From NCBI GenBank assembly GCA_032718475.1, contig JAUCBJ010005442.1, forward strand, positions 1-54,986: a DNA stretch of 54,986 nucleotides, given 5' to 3'. This document shows, piece after piece, positions 1 through 11,400 of this stretch (position 1 is its first letter; each line of letters opens with the position of its first letter). Both the position numbers and the translations under genes were made by a program. The notes beneath the pieces are model-generated. The model had not been told where the DNA came from, did not search any database, and was given only the letters and a program-made list of their open reading frames with translations. Origin of the DNA: Nemertoderma westbladi (lineage: Eukaryota; Animalia; Xenacoelomorpha).

Positions 1-1443
1 AGCGTGCCATTCGGACTATCGCGGGCGCCAAATATCCTAACGTACATTTGGTATGTAACCACTGGGCCGGATAAGTCTTCATTCTCGTACCAGAGAAATC
101 GAAGGCTATCCTGGTCTGCCTTACAGGCTCTTACCTGGTGGAACATCGCCTCGATGTCACAAGTAAATGCGAATCGCCGCTGTCTAAAACGCAACAGTAT
201 TCCTATCAAATAATTGTTCAGGTTGGGACCATCCATCAACTCTGAATTCAGGGACATACCTCTATAGACTGCTGCGCAGTCGTTGACTACTCGGACTTTG
301 TCAGGTTTGTCAGGGTGAGTCACATAGTGGTGTGGGAGGTAATAAGTCTGGTCTGTCACTAAGTCAGGGTCCTCTACCTTCCCAGCAAATCCCTTGGCAA
401 AATAGTTGTTGATCTGGGCGCAATACTTCTCCCAAATGTCCGGATTCTTCAACAACCGAGCCCTTACTCCGTTCAATCTTTTCAAGGCTAAGTTGTAGTT
501 GTTCTCCAACTTAGGAGGTTGTCGACGCCACAACATTCCAACTTCAAAATGTCCAGTCGGTAGTAGACGTATGGTGTCTTCCATCATCTCCAACGACCGT
601 TTCTCATCAGTGGACATGGCTAGGTCATATCCACCGGGTTCCATTGCGTCCCTATCCAGCCATTCGACGGTTCTGGCTCCTGTCTCGAGGTCCTGGCGTA
701 TCAATTCCTTCTGTAATTCCTCCTCACTGTATTGGAAAATGTCGAGGTCTCGATATTTAGCCACTTGACCCTCCACTATATCGGTATAAGTCAAAACGTT
801 ACTCAAATAGGTAGCGTGGGCCGCTGAACCAGACCCACTGGTCTGATAACAGTAGTCCTCGGGTTCACTATCTGTCCGGTCGTTATGAAGTGGTTCCGAC
901 AACCTAACATTATCGGGAATCAACTCCTCGTCCGACTCAATAAAGTCACTATAGTGGTCAATACAGGTTCTCCTAAACTCGTCTATGTCTGGTGGTTCTA
1001 CTAACGGTGGTTGAGTTATAGGCTGTAATTCGTGGTATCTGTCTATTGGCTTGTCGCCACCTGTAAACTCATAAGACATGGGTACTCTTGTATACCAACC
1101 TAATATAGTCCTATGGGCATGTGATCCATTTACATGCGGCTCAGCTGGTCTCATTTCCCATATATGGTGTGCGATCAGCTGTTCTGCACCAATCAACATA
1201 GAAACATTCCTATAACCTACCTGGTGTCTGGGTATTCTGAGCTTGTCAAAGTACTCCTGTGCTATGGGACTCATCGGCGGCACCTTACCTAACTGCCTGC
1301 CGAATCCCTTCATAGCTAGACACTTGAATCCGTCCAATGGCAAAGCTTTCTGTTCTTGTCGAGTATGTTGGTCTCTCGGAAGTAGGGAGTCTAGTTCTAC
1401 CGAAATTCGGTGTCCCTTGAGGTCTCCTACCCCATGCATAGAC
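1..1443 (-). pseudogene. pol: BEL/Pao element C pol segment: protease C-terminal half, linker and start of RT; runs off the left edge
   Basis: Manual minus-strand translation gives SMHGVG...VSMLIG...GWYTRVP, then YLPHHYVTHPDKPDKVRVVNDCAA...SLNSELMDGPNLNN...DIEAMFHQV, colinear with the ORFs at 4194-12884. It is cut at 1443 by element A. Confidence 0.92.
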
Positions 1444-1571
1444 TATAGAATTATATTCCCTAAATGCCGTAGATTTTCAAAATTTTTATTTTATTCGAAT
1501 TAACTTTGTAAAAGATTACTTTGAGTCCTCATTTGTTTTTATTATATCTATTGTACGACGTTTAGTCAAGT

Positions 1572-1658
1572 GGTTCAGTAGCTCAGTCGGTAGAGCGTTG
1601 GAAATTATATGCGTAGTAGGTATTGAGTTCGAATCCTAATAAGTGCGAATTATTTTTT
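1572..1658 (+). ncRNA. tRNA-like Pol III unit (A box, B box, T6 terminator) inside U3; not a canonical tRNA
   Basis: TAGCTCAGTCGGTAGAGC (A box/D arm), GAGTTCGAATCC at 1625-1636 (B box) and TTTTTT at 1653-1658; the acceptor stem does not pair. Confidence 0.65.
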
Positions 1659-1724
1659 GTACAGAATTTCAACTCATTTAAATTGACCGCTACAAATTAA
1701 ATTGTATTTGTCTGTACCTAGATT

Positions 1725-1985
1725 AACCAATGAGACTGCAGTTATTAGATTGTAACCAATGTCGTGCAAGTTATATATTAGCTGGACCAATGGTTATCTT
1801 TAAAAAACCCAATATAATTATAGAATGTTCTCGATTGATTGCAGCACAAATTTGGTATAAAAGGTGCGATTTCGTTCATTAGTTCACTTCAGTCAATCTT
1901 TCAATCTATTCTGAGTTATCTGATATTTGTTTATTCTGTCATTAGTTTTCAGATTACATTTTGTATTATTATCTGCAATAAATTC
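1725..1985 (+). promoter_or_regulatory. LTR Pol II promoter and poly(A) signal
   Basis: Four CCAAT boxes (~1727-1815), TATAAAA at ~1856, Inr-like TCAGT ~30 nt downstream and AATAAA at ~1977. Confidence 0.7.
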
Positions 1986-4193
1986 AGAAATACCGCTACC
2001 TGCCTTTTCTTTTCACCATGATTCACTACGGTGAACACACTTAGGAACAGGATGGCCGGCTAGAGATCGGGCCGCAGCAATGAACGGGAACATCAAGGGA
2101 ATGTAGACAGGAGACAACCCGCAATACCATCTTATTTATTCGCCCATCGCCTGAAAGGTTAGACAGCGTTCGATGCCTTGCTACCTAAGCGTAAGACCAA
2201 AGATCAAAGGTAGAAGTAGTGACACGCTGTACGCCTAAAATTACAACTAGGGACTGTACTGTCTTAATTCAGGAAAAAACCGCAGTAGACCTTCATATTC
2301 CTAAGGGGGGGGGGGGGGGGAGGGAGAGAGCAGGCAGATACTAGTACGCAGATAGGACGTAGGCACACCGGTACGAAGCATACACATTGGTAGGGTGCAG
2401 CAAACTGTACGCCTAACTCTTGCTAAGTGCAGGTGCGTTTGCGACTATTTGTAGTACAACGGTGTCCATTGCATTAGAACTTGTAGGCTAGGAGGGTTGC
2501 TGTGTTTCACCTGAATTAGGATTGTACTGTTCAGGCGGTAGGGCAGTTTACGACTAGGCGCAAATAAATTGAGGCTATTAGGGATATACTAACATCTACC
2601 GTGTCCCCGCCAACGTCCTGATAGGAAGTTACCCAGCCTACCTAGGTGACTAAAATTCTAGATAAGAGCCAGGATAGCTATTAGTAACTGTACGCCTACA
2701 GTAGTAAACTAACACATTTCTTCTTAGTATTAGGGACCTGGTAAATTAAAATTGCCGAATTCTGGGCGTAGCATTAACCTTATGCCTGAATTTGAGTCCT
2801 GGAAATACGCAAGAGGGGAAGGAACCTTATCATTTGTGAGTATTGGACCTACAAGTTACAAAATTAGAATATTTGTAAAATGCACACCGTACCCAGTAAT
2901 TATATATATGAAGGAGCAAAACTGCTTTGACCGTTCAGAATTAACACACGCGCGTTAGAAATTATTTACACCTCAAAATATATAAAATTAACTTTCGTCC
3001 TTACTGCGCTTTGCCCGCTAGTTAGACATCTCCAAATCTCTGCCTCTGTACCTAGCTAGCGTCCCTTTCGCCCAACCATATAAATCACACCGCGGCAAAG
3101 TATACGAGCCCCTTAGTCCGTCAGTGAGTCAGCCTGATTTTAGGATTCGCTGCGCGGGATTTTGATTTATCGAAGTTTGTCTGCTCGTAGACTGTTTTCT
3201 GCCTCACTGGTTATAAGAGATCGATACTGCAATATATTCGCTTACTTAGAGTTTACTGTTTTGGTGAGAAGGTCGGATTTATGATTTGATTCACAAACTT
3301 TACAGTAAGATATTGCAGGTATTGTTACTGTCTCTTCCAAATAGTAGGAATATGTGATTATTTTAACATATTTCCTAGAATAGTAGGAATATGTTTTACT
3401 GAACTACGGTTCGGTAGGACTAAAGTTATTTGAAAATTTTGTATTTTGAGGTAAAAGTTTATATTTGATTAGCTAAGTGCTAATTTTTTGAAATAAAATT
3501 TGATTTGAACCGCGTGTAGAATATTTTTGGAATTGAATACCGGTGTTTAAAAAGGGTTTAAATACCATATTGTACCGGTACAAAAATTTTCGTAAAAAGT
3601 AAAACCTAACTCTTTTGTTTTCAGGATTCAGAACTCATTTCTAGACTGTAACGGGAGCAAGACCGTGTTTAGCAAGTTTGGGAGATAGATAACTCAACAA
3701 CTTTGGTTGGGAAAATCGCGCTTCGTCCGCAACGTTAAAAACGGAAAGGTTCACGTCCGGTTTGTATCTGGGAATCTGTTTTTCTGGAGAATTATTGGAG
3801 TGGGTGAGTTCGAAAAGTTGCATAAATAAGTTAGGCATTACCGTATTAGTTAAAATTATTGTGGGTTCCACTGTCTCAAGTATTTATGCATTCCGTATGA
3901 TTTCTTTGTTCATTGCTGAATTAGTCTGTATTATTGTATTTAATTTACCTTTTGATAATGCATATCGTTATCCGATTTATTTGTTATAAAATTGGCCGCT
4001 AGGCTAATTTTATTATATACTTATACCGTGACATTTATTTGCTGTAAAATTGGCCGTTTAGGCTAATTTTATCCATCTGCTATAAAATCGGCCGGTAGGC
4101 TAATTTTATATGACTGTAATTAGTACCGTTTAGATAAAAATACGGTAAGTTTGATACTTTGACACTCACTTTACTTGACTTACAACTACCGAA

Positions 4194-7100
4194 ATGAGTG
4201 ACAAACCAGACTATACGAAAAATACACCTACCGACTATGACTCATGTGGCGAGGATAAGTCAGCAGCGGAAGATCTACAGGGGAAGACTCGCGAGCCTAC
4301 CGAACCTACACCGTGTGCGTCACCAGTACATCCAACGGGAGTACCGGATGCTGTAGTACGAGGCGACGGCAGGACCGAGGACTTTCTAACTGTTCCGCAA
4401 CCCAGATACAGGGAAACGGACATGGTAAGTTCAGCAGGAAGCCAGGAGAGTGTGGTTAGAAGCGTCGGCGGCTACATGGCGCATATAACCAGGAGTATTG
4501 GGGAAGGCCAACGCATATTAGACGAGTTGACCGCTCCGATGTCTCGATTCGAGTTCTACACCCTCCAGGTTAGAGTACAAAGTAGAGTACATAAGTCCGT
4601 AGATAATTTAATTGGTCTACAAGATCTAGCTAGACAGAGACAGGACATGGATACTCAACTTAGAATCCTCGAGAAACTAATGATCGCTAGAGAGAAACTG
4701 ATTCAGTTTAAGTCGACGATTAGGCAGATACAACAGGAACAAGCGGACCAGTTGTTAGGTGAGTCAGTTTCGGACGAATTATTGCAGCCCGAGGAAGAAC
4801 AGGAACTGTACCGACTGGATGGACAATTGAAACACCTGACGGACCACTTACGTATGTGCGGCGAGGATGTCGGAGATTGGGAAACCGTGCCGGAGGCTAC
4901 GAGGGAAACTTCACTCGCACAAATCGAATTAGTACCAGGAATACTAAATCAATCGTTGGTAAGTATTCGTAGCGAAATCGGCGGGGAAAGTATGGTCACG
5001 TCAGAAGTTGCTCGACAACAGCAAGAATTCTACCGACAACGACGAGAAATGGAGGAGCAAGCTCAACTTCTAGTGATGCAGGCAGCAGTAGAGGAAGAGA
5101 AGCTACGCGTTGCGAACGTAGCGAGAATCTCTCATCTACAGGAACAAGCTGAATTAGAAGCAGCTGAAGTAGAAAGGTTAGAGGTAGACATTGCCCAACG
5201 AACGGCAGCGGCTGATTTAGCGCAACGAAACGCAGCGGCAGAATTAGAGCGACAAACGGCAGAATTAGAGCGAGAAAGGTTAGTTTCGGAAGCACGGGCC
5301 GAAATGAAAACACGGCAAATAAAAGCTCAATCAGCTATACGACAAGCGGAGTTTGAGGCGCAACGACAACAAACGGAACAACGAGAGAAGACAGCTAAAC
5401 TTCATTTCGAACTCGAGAAGAAGGCGAGAGAATTAGCCAACGCGAAGGAAGATCTGGATCTACAAGCCCGCGATAGATCGATGAGATCTCGTGACGGACA
5501 TGATTTGGACCAGTTAGAGGTAAGACATCGCCAAATTCAGGAACGGAAGAAGGAAGGAAGCATAGGAGCACCCGGACGGGAACGACAATTAGTAAAAGAC
5601 TTGTGTCAACGATTCCCACAAGTAACTCCTATGTTTGCACCAATTATGACTAAGGAACCTGTTTCGATTGCGGGTAGTAGTGATATTTCTCCTATCCATG
5701 GTGCGACGGAACACAGGTTGGTTATTCCGGACAAATTCATACCGTCAAGAGCAACGTCGTCGCCTATTTTGAAAGTCAAGGTAAGTAACCCACCGACTAC
5801 CGATCGTAGTAGTTTATTGACCGGACCTGCACTACTAACGACAAAACAGGTGAGTCCACCTTTGACACCTAAACCGGTTACGCATTACACGTACCCAATG
5901 ACGTTTCGACCTACAAGGCCGGTTCAGTTTACATCGCAATCTACGACTTCGAGGAAGACTTGTGAGCCTACCGAACAACGGAGACCAGTGGATACGCGAC
6001 CGTTCAACCAGTTTACATCGCAATCTACGACTTCGAGGAAGACTTGTGAGCCTACCGAACAACGGAGGTCAGTGGACGATGTTCCGAAACGAAACGTTAG
6101 AATTCGTACAACGCAAAGGACGCGAGCACGTCGACCACCATATCCAGATGATAGTAGTACTTCGAGCGAATCGGATTACCCGAAACGCGAGGTATTTAGA
6201 ACAGGGGCGGCCGATGAATATAAACGCGAGCGTTCAGACAACTCCTTTGTAGACAATCCTCCACAGAATACACCAACACAGAGGGCGTTACAACCAACGG
6301 ACGCAATCAGTACACAACAGTTCGCCGACATCCTGCGACCAGTTGTTAACAAGTTGGCTCAGATCGAGGAACGCTTGGAGGAAGTTCAAACCGATAGTTC
6401 GAGGAACACTGAATTTGAACACAATAGACACCCGAAGGAACCACAAAGACCGGTACCTTCAAAGAACGCATCGTATCAGGGAAAAGCGCCAAGAAGGGAC
6501 ATCAACCAGATTACCAACCAAGGACGCGAAACTCTGAACGTTGCCGAGGAGATAGCGAAATTCACGGCTAGACAAGGACTACCGGTACAACAACCACCGA
6601 AGTTTTCAGGTAGCTCAAAACACTGGCACACTTTCGTAGACTATATCGAATCTCAGATCGCCGTGTGCGCCTTTACATCATGGGAGAAGTTTAATTACCT
6701 GCTTCAAACGTTGTCGGGAGAACCTAAACGTTTGGCAGAGACCTTCGTTGGTGTACCGGACGCCTTTGAACTAGCGTACGATCGTTTAACTTCGATCTAC
6801 GGAGGTACAGTCAGCATGGCCAGGTCAGTGATAGAGGAACTCTGTAAGGGAGGGGCTATTACTAAACCCGTCGACTTATTGAAACTGGCTGACGAAATAA
6901 AGAACGCTATCACTACTTTGAGATCCATTGGACAACTTGACTACGGGAATACCCCTACAGTCCTATTAAAGATCATAGGACGACTCCACCATCGACTTCG
7001 TCGGGAGTGGAGGAAGATCGAATACCAGCGGGAAGAGCGGGGTGGATTCTTAAAACTGGAAGATGTGTACCTTTTGATATCCAGGGAAGCAGTGGTAGAA

Positions 7101-8486
7101 ACTCGATCCAACTACACTGACCAGCACATCGTAGCAGAAGGAATCATCTTGCCATCCTCAAACCGACAAAAACCCCAGACAACATCCACCAAGACGGCCA
7201 CTTACGCCACACCGACGGAAACACGACAATTCTCGGACGGTAGTAGGGTATCTGCGCCCATTGGAATAAAGCAGACTAGACAGCAACTCAGTACAGACTT
7301 CAGCGGCTGCCAATACTGCGAGCATTTAGGCAAGCGGTATATCGGTCACAAGTTGAGAGGTTGTCGACAGTTTCGCGAGTTAAACTCGGAAGAACGACGG
7401 CTGCAGATACGGCCATTGGACTCTTGTTGGCGGTGTACGCGACACGGACACGTCCGCAAAGATTGCCCAAATACCGACACTTGTCCATCCTGTGGACGCA
7501 ACCACGACGGTCTGCTCCACACAGACAGCCACACGCCGACAAAACGCTTCGCCAGGGAACACCCGGAAGCAGCAGCGAAATGTAATACGGCCTACAAGAA
7601 TCGAGAATCAAAAACGACTCCAACCTTCGTGACGCATATTAAGGATTGCTTCTCAGAACAATCCGGATCGTCGGACGAAGAGTCGGAAGACGACGATGTA
7701 TATTCAGATGGAGACGAACAACCATCGATCGCGCTTCTGACGACTGACCAACTAAAGGGTTTCAGTGTAATTCCGATTAAGATTACTGGCACAAAAGGGA
7801 GCAAGAGAATCTACGCTATCCTGGATTCAGCCTCATCTCACAGCTACGTGGATGAGCAGATAGCTGATGTCGTGACGGATCTCAGACAAGGTAAGTGCGT
7901 CAGTTACACCGTAAGTAGTATGCACGGACAACGTGCAATACCAGTGACACGAGTTAAGTTGGACTTAGACACTCTTCTTCCGAAATCGCAACACAGCGAA
8001 AAGGAGAGGTCTTTGTTACCCTTTAAGGATTTGACTTTTGCGGCCACCAAGGACTTTAGTAACCTACTAGGTCCTGTCCCAGAACAATCCTTGGAGGACC
8101 GTAAGTATTTCAGACACCTTGGTGTACCTGAATGTCCTGTCAATTATAGATCGGTAGCCATGCTGATCGGGACAGACCAATTCAACCTACATCAAGTGTG
8201 GGAAACCAGACCATCGGTAGTCGTAGCGGGAAACGCATGCGCCTGTAGAACGCCGATAGGGTGGTATACTCGAGCGCCTGTGCGCACACTAGACATAAGT
8301 GATGAGGAAGACGATGTACAAAGTACATGTAGTTTATTAACTACAAATTCAATTCATTCCTTTTCACACGACGTGGACCATACTACCTTACATACAAAAC
8401 ATGACAGACGTGTAACTAGTATGATAAGTCACAAGGAGCAGCTAATCCACCAGGTGAGTTTAGAACTTGGGGAGAAGACGAGTTAG
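4194..8486 (+). CDS. gag: BEL/Pao Gag-protease (coiled coil, DUF1759-like capsid region, three Cys/His knuckles, aspartic protease)
   Basis: PPKFSG...W..F...EKFNYLLQTLSGEP; CQYCEH...GHKLRGC, CWRCTRHGHVRKDC, CPSCGRNHDGLLH; protease motif YAILDSASSHSYV. Confidence 0.93.
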   Translation: MSDKPDYTKNTPTDYDSCGEDKSAAEDLQGKTREPTEPTPCASPVHPTGVPDAVVRGDGRTEDFLTVPQPRYRETDMVSSAGSQESVVRSVGGYMAHITRSIGEGQRILDELTAPMSRFEFYTLQVRVQSRVHKSVDNLIGLQDLARQRQDMDTQLRILEKLMIAREKLIQFKSTIRQIQQEQADQLLGESVSDELLQPEEEQELYRLDGQLKHLTDHLRMCGEDVGDWETVPEATRETSLAQIELVPGILNQSLVSIRSEIGGESMVTSEVARQQQEFYRQRREMEEQAQLLVMQAAVEEEKLRVANVARISHLQEQAELEAAEVERLEVDIAQRTAAADLAQRNAAAELERQTAELERERLVSEARAEMKTRQIKAQSAIRQAEFEAQRQQTEQREKTAKLHFELEKKARELANAKEDLDLQARDRSMRSRDGHDLDQLEVRHRQIQERKKEGSIGAPGRERQLVKDLCQRFPQVTPMFAPIMTKEPVSIAGSSDISPIHGATEHRLVIPDKFIPSRATSSPILKVKVSNPPTTDRSSLLTGPALLTTKQVSPPLTPKPVTHYTYPMTFRPTRPVQFTSQSTTSRKTCEPTEQRRPVDTRPFNQFTSQSTTSRKTCEPTEQRRSVDDVPKRNVRIRTTQRTRARRPPYPDDSSTSSESDYPKREVFRTGAADEYKRERSDNSFVDNPPQNTPTQRALQPTDAISTQQFADILRPVVNKLAQIEERLEEVQTDSSRNTEFEHNRHPKEPQRPVPSKNASYQGKAPRRDINQITNQGRETLNVAEEIAKFTARQGLPVQQPPKFSGSSKHWHTFVDYIESQIAVCAFTSWEKFNYLLQTLSGEPKRLAETFVGVPDAFELAYDRLTSIYGGTVSMARSVIEELCKGGAITKPVDLLKLADEIKNAITTLRSIGQLDYGNTPTVLLKIIGRLHHRLRREWRKIEYQREERGGFLKLEDVYLLISREAVVETRSNYTDQHIVAEGIILPSSNRQKPQTTSTKTATYATPTETRQFSDGSRVSAPIGIKQTRQQLSTDFSGCQYCEHLGKRYIGHKLRGCRQFRELNSEERRLQIRPLDSCWRCTRHGHVRKDCPNTDTCPSCGRNHDGLLHTDSHTPTKRFAREHPEAAAKCNTAYKNRESKTTPTFVTHIKDCFSEQSGSSDEESEDDDVYSDGDEQPSIALLTTDQLKGFSVIPIKITGTKGSKRIYAILDSASSHSYVDEQIADVVTDLRQGKCVSYTVSSMHGQRAIPVTRVKLDLDTLLPKSQHSEKERSLLPFKDLTFAATKDFSNLLGPVPEQSLEDRKYFRHLGVPECPVNYRSVAMLIGTDQFNLHQVWETRPSVVVAGNACACRTPIGWYTRAPVRTLDISDEEDDVQSTCSLLTTNSIHSFSHDVDHTTLHTKHDRRVTSMISHKEQLIHQVSLELGEKTS

Positions 8487-11400
8487 CCAGAGATTCCATC
8501 GACGACAGATGATAACGCCGGAAGGCTTGCGAGTCTACCTACCCCAATAACCTCAACAATGCCCGTCGATATCGATGATGACGCGTTAAGAAACCATCAA
8601 GTGGAACAAGCTGCATTGGACAAAGAATTGACGGAGAAGACTATCAGGTGGTTAGAACAAGATACAGCTGAACCTGGTAGCTACGAACCATGTATGTCGG
8701 AACAGGAGAAACAATCTTTGAAGATCATGGAAGATACTATCCACCAGACGAAAGACGGACACTATGAGGTAGGGATGTTATGGCATAGCCAAAGTCCTAA
8801 ACTCATAAATAACTATCTACTAGCTTTAAGACGTCTGCACTCAATACGACAACGTCTATTAAAGGACGAGAAAGCCCATCTGCAGTACAACACTCAGATG
8901 GAGACGTATTTGACCAAGGGATACGCTATCCGAATGACTAACCCGGAGATAGTGACTGACCAAACATACTACTTGCCACATCACTTCGTGAGACACCCCG
9001 ACAAACCAGACAAAGTACGTGTAGTCAATGACTGTGCGGCTCTGTTTGAGGGAATGTCCCTCAATAGCGAGTTAATGGATGGACCAAACATGAATAATTA
9101 TCTAATGGGGGTGATTATGTGCTTCCGTCAGCGTCAAGTAGCCTTTACTTATGACGTCGAAGCTATGTTTCACCAAGTGAGAGCGTTAGAGCGAGACAGA
9201 GACAGTTTGAGGTTCCTCTGGTATCCGGAAGGAGACTTAAGTCTACCACCGGCGACTTACCAAATGCAAGTCCGCGTTTTCGGTGCCAGGGACAGCCCAA
9301 ACTGTACGATGTACGCCCTAAAGCAAGCCGCTAGGGATCAGAAACACATATATGACCCAGAGATAATTAAGATCGTAGAACGTGACTTTTACGTCGACGA
9401 CGGTTTACAGAGTTGTGACACAGTAGAACGTGCTATAACAGTAGCACATCAATTACGGGACTGCTTAGCGGGCGGAGGTTTTAACCTCACCAAATTCGCC
9501 TCAAACAGTGCCGAATTGGTAGACTCATTCGGAACGACTGAGCGTGGAGGTGGTGACATAGACCTAGAGTTCGAACCACTACCGACGACCAAGGTGTTGG
9601 GGCTCTTTTGGGACCCAAACACGGACAACTTTCGAGTGAAGGTGAGACTGGACAGTCAAGAAAACACACTGACAAAGAGATCATGCTTGTCAAAATTGAG
9701 CCGATTGTTCGATCCATTAGGATTCATCAGTCCAATAATACTGCAAGCCCGAATTTTTATGCGCAGTATTTGGAAGGATGGACTGACATGGGACGAGCCG
9801 ATCTCATCAGACCAAGTAGACTTATGGAAAACCTGGGAGGCAGAATTATCTTCGCTAGAGGATTATTCCATACCCAGAGTCTACTTTCCATTACAAACAA
9901 CATTTCCTGACAACTTGGAATTACATTGTTTTTCCGACGCCAGTGACAACGGCTTTGGTGTGGCAGCGTACTTGCGCAGACAAGTAGACTCAGAAGAATT
10001 CGATGTTTCGCTCATTACTTCTAAGGCAAAAACAATGCCTACTAAGTATATGACGACACCACGAGCTGAGCTACAAGCCGCAACCCTGTCAACCACAATC
10101 GTGAACCTTATACAGACGGAACTACAGTCAAGTTTACAGATATTTTATTGGACTGACGCGACGTTGGTTTTATTTTACATAAACAACGACACACTTGAAT
10201 TCAAGACATTCGTAGCTAACCGTCGCGCGGAAATTCTAGACCGTTCAATAAAAGAAGATTGGCGACATTGTCCCGGACCACAAAACCCAGCCGATATTGC
10301 GTCAAGAGGAATGATGCCTGAGGAATTCTGTAAACCGGAGAACAAAGAATTCTGGCAACACGGACCACGGTTCTTGCAGGGATCAATACAACATTGGCCA
10401 CCGTTATACAACAACAAGTCTAACACCATCCCTAAGGACGCCGAAATCAAGAAACCAAAAAAGGGGAAGGCAAAGAAAAAGACGACGGCAGCTAAACTCA
10501 AGAAAAGACCGAAGGCGAAATGGAAGGATATAACTTCAAAGGTCAAGAATGGAAGACTTGCGAGCCTTTCTACACCAGACACGTTACCAGACGGTCAACC
10601 AGACACGTTACCAGACATATCGCCAGACGGTCAACCAGACACGTTACCAGACGGTCAAACAGACACGTTACTAGACGGTCAACCAGACATTTTACCAGAC
10701 ATGTCACAAAATGTTCTACCAGACACTAGTGACATATTGACAAATAGAAAAGCCGCAGTTTCTCTATTGGAGCGGCCTTCTATTGACAAACAACCAGATA
10801 CGTTACCAGACATATCGCCAGACACGTTACTAGACGGTCAACCAGACGTTTTGCCAGACACGTCACTAGATATTTCGCCGGATGTTCCGCGAAACATTTT
10901 ACCAGACATGTCACAAAATGTTCTACCAGACACTAGTAACATATTGACAAATAGTAAAGCCGCAGTTTCCCTATTGGAGCGGCCTTGTATTGACAAACTA
11001 CCAATTTTGACACACTTGAGCAACCATAAGCACGGTGAAACCTCATGTATTACAGATGTGGGTAGTACCTACGTAAATGTAAATACAGGTGTTACTCTGC
11101 GCTCAAGAGACATACCAAACTTGCAACCTATGGTGAGACGCAGAAAAATAAGTTTACCGAAACCCACTGACCCCATAGAGTTCAAACCACCATTAACGAT
11201 CGACTTACAAAGTACTGACAATCAAGGTAAGAAGACGAAGAAGGACAAATTACTTGTAGACCCGGACGGATCAACAGTCAACAAGGGAATACTTACCGGC
11301 GGACCCGTGGGCCCTTCTAGTAAATCAAAACCTTCCAAATTCTTTGACTTACCTGATGACGTCACAAATACTTACGTCGACCGTATTGTAAACCTAACAG

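Larger units (their letters stand above)
1444..3343 (+). repeat. 5' LTR of element A (1900 bp)
   Basis: Near-identical to 16123-18028 (about a dozen substitutions counted by eye plus a G-run length difference); begins TATAGAA and ends CCAAATA. Confidence 0.96.

Noticed and set aside
1572-1650. Functional tRNA gene
   Set aside because: The acceptor and anticodon stems do not pair; only the promoter boxes are retained.
3262-3280. TGGTGAGAAGGTCGGATT as the primer-binding site
   Set aside because: It lies inside the repeat (present in both LTRs, ~80 nt before the TSD-defined end) and I cannot match it to a tRNA.
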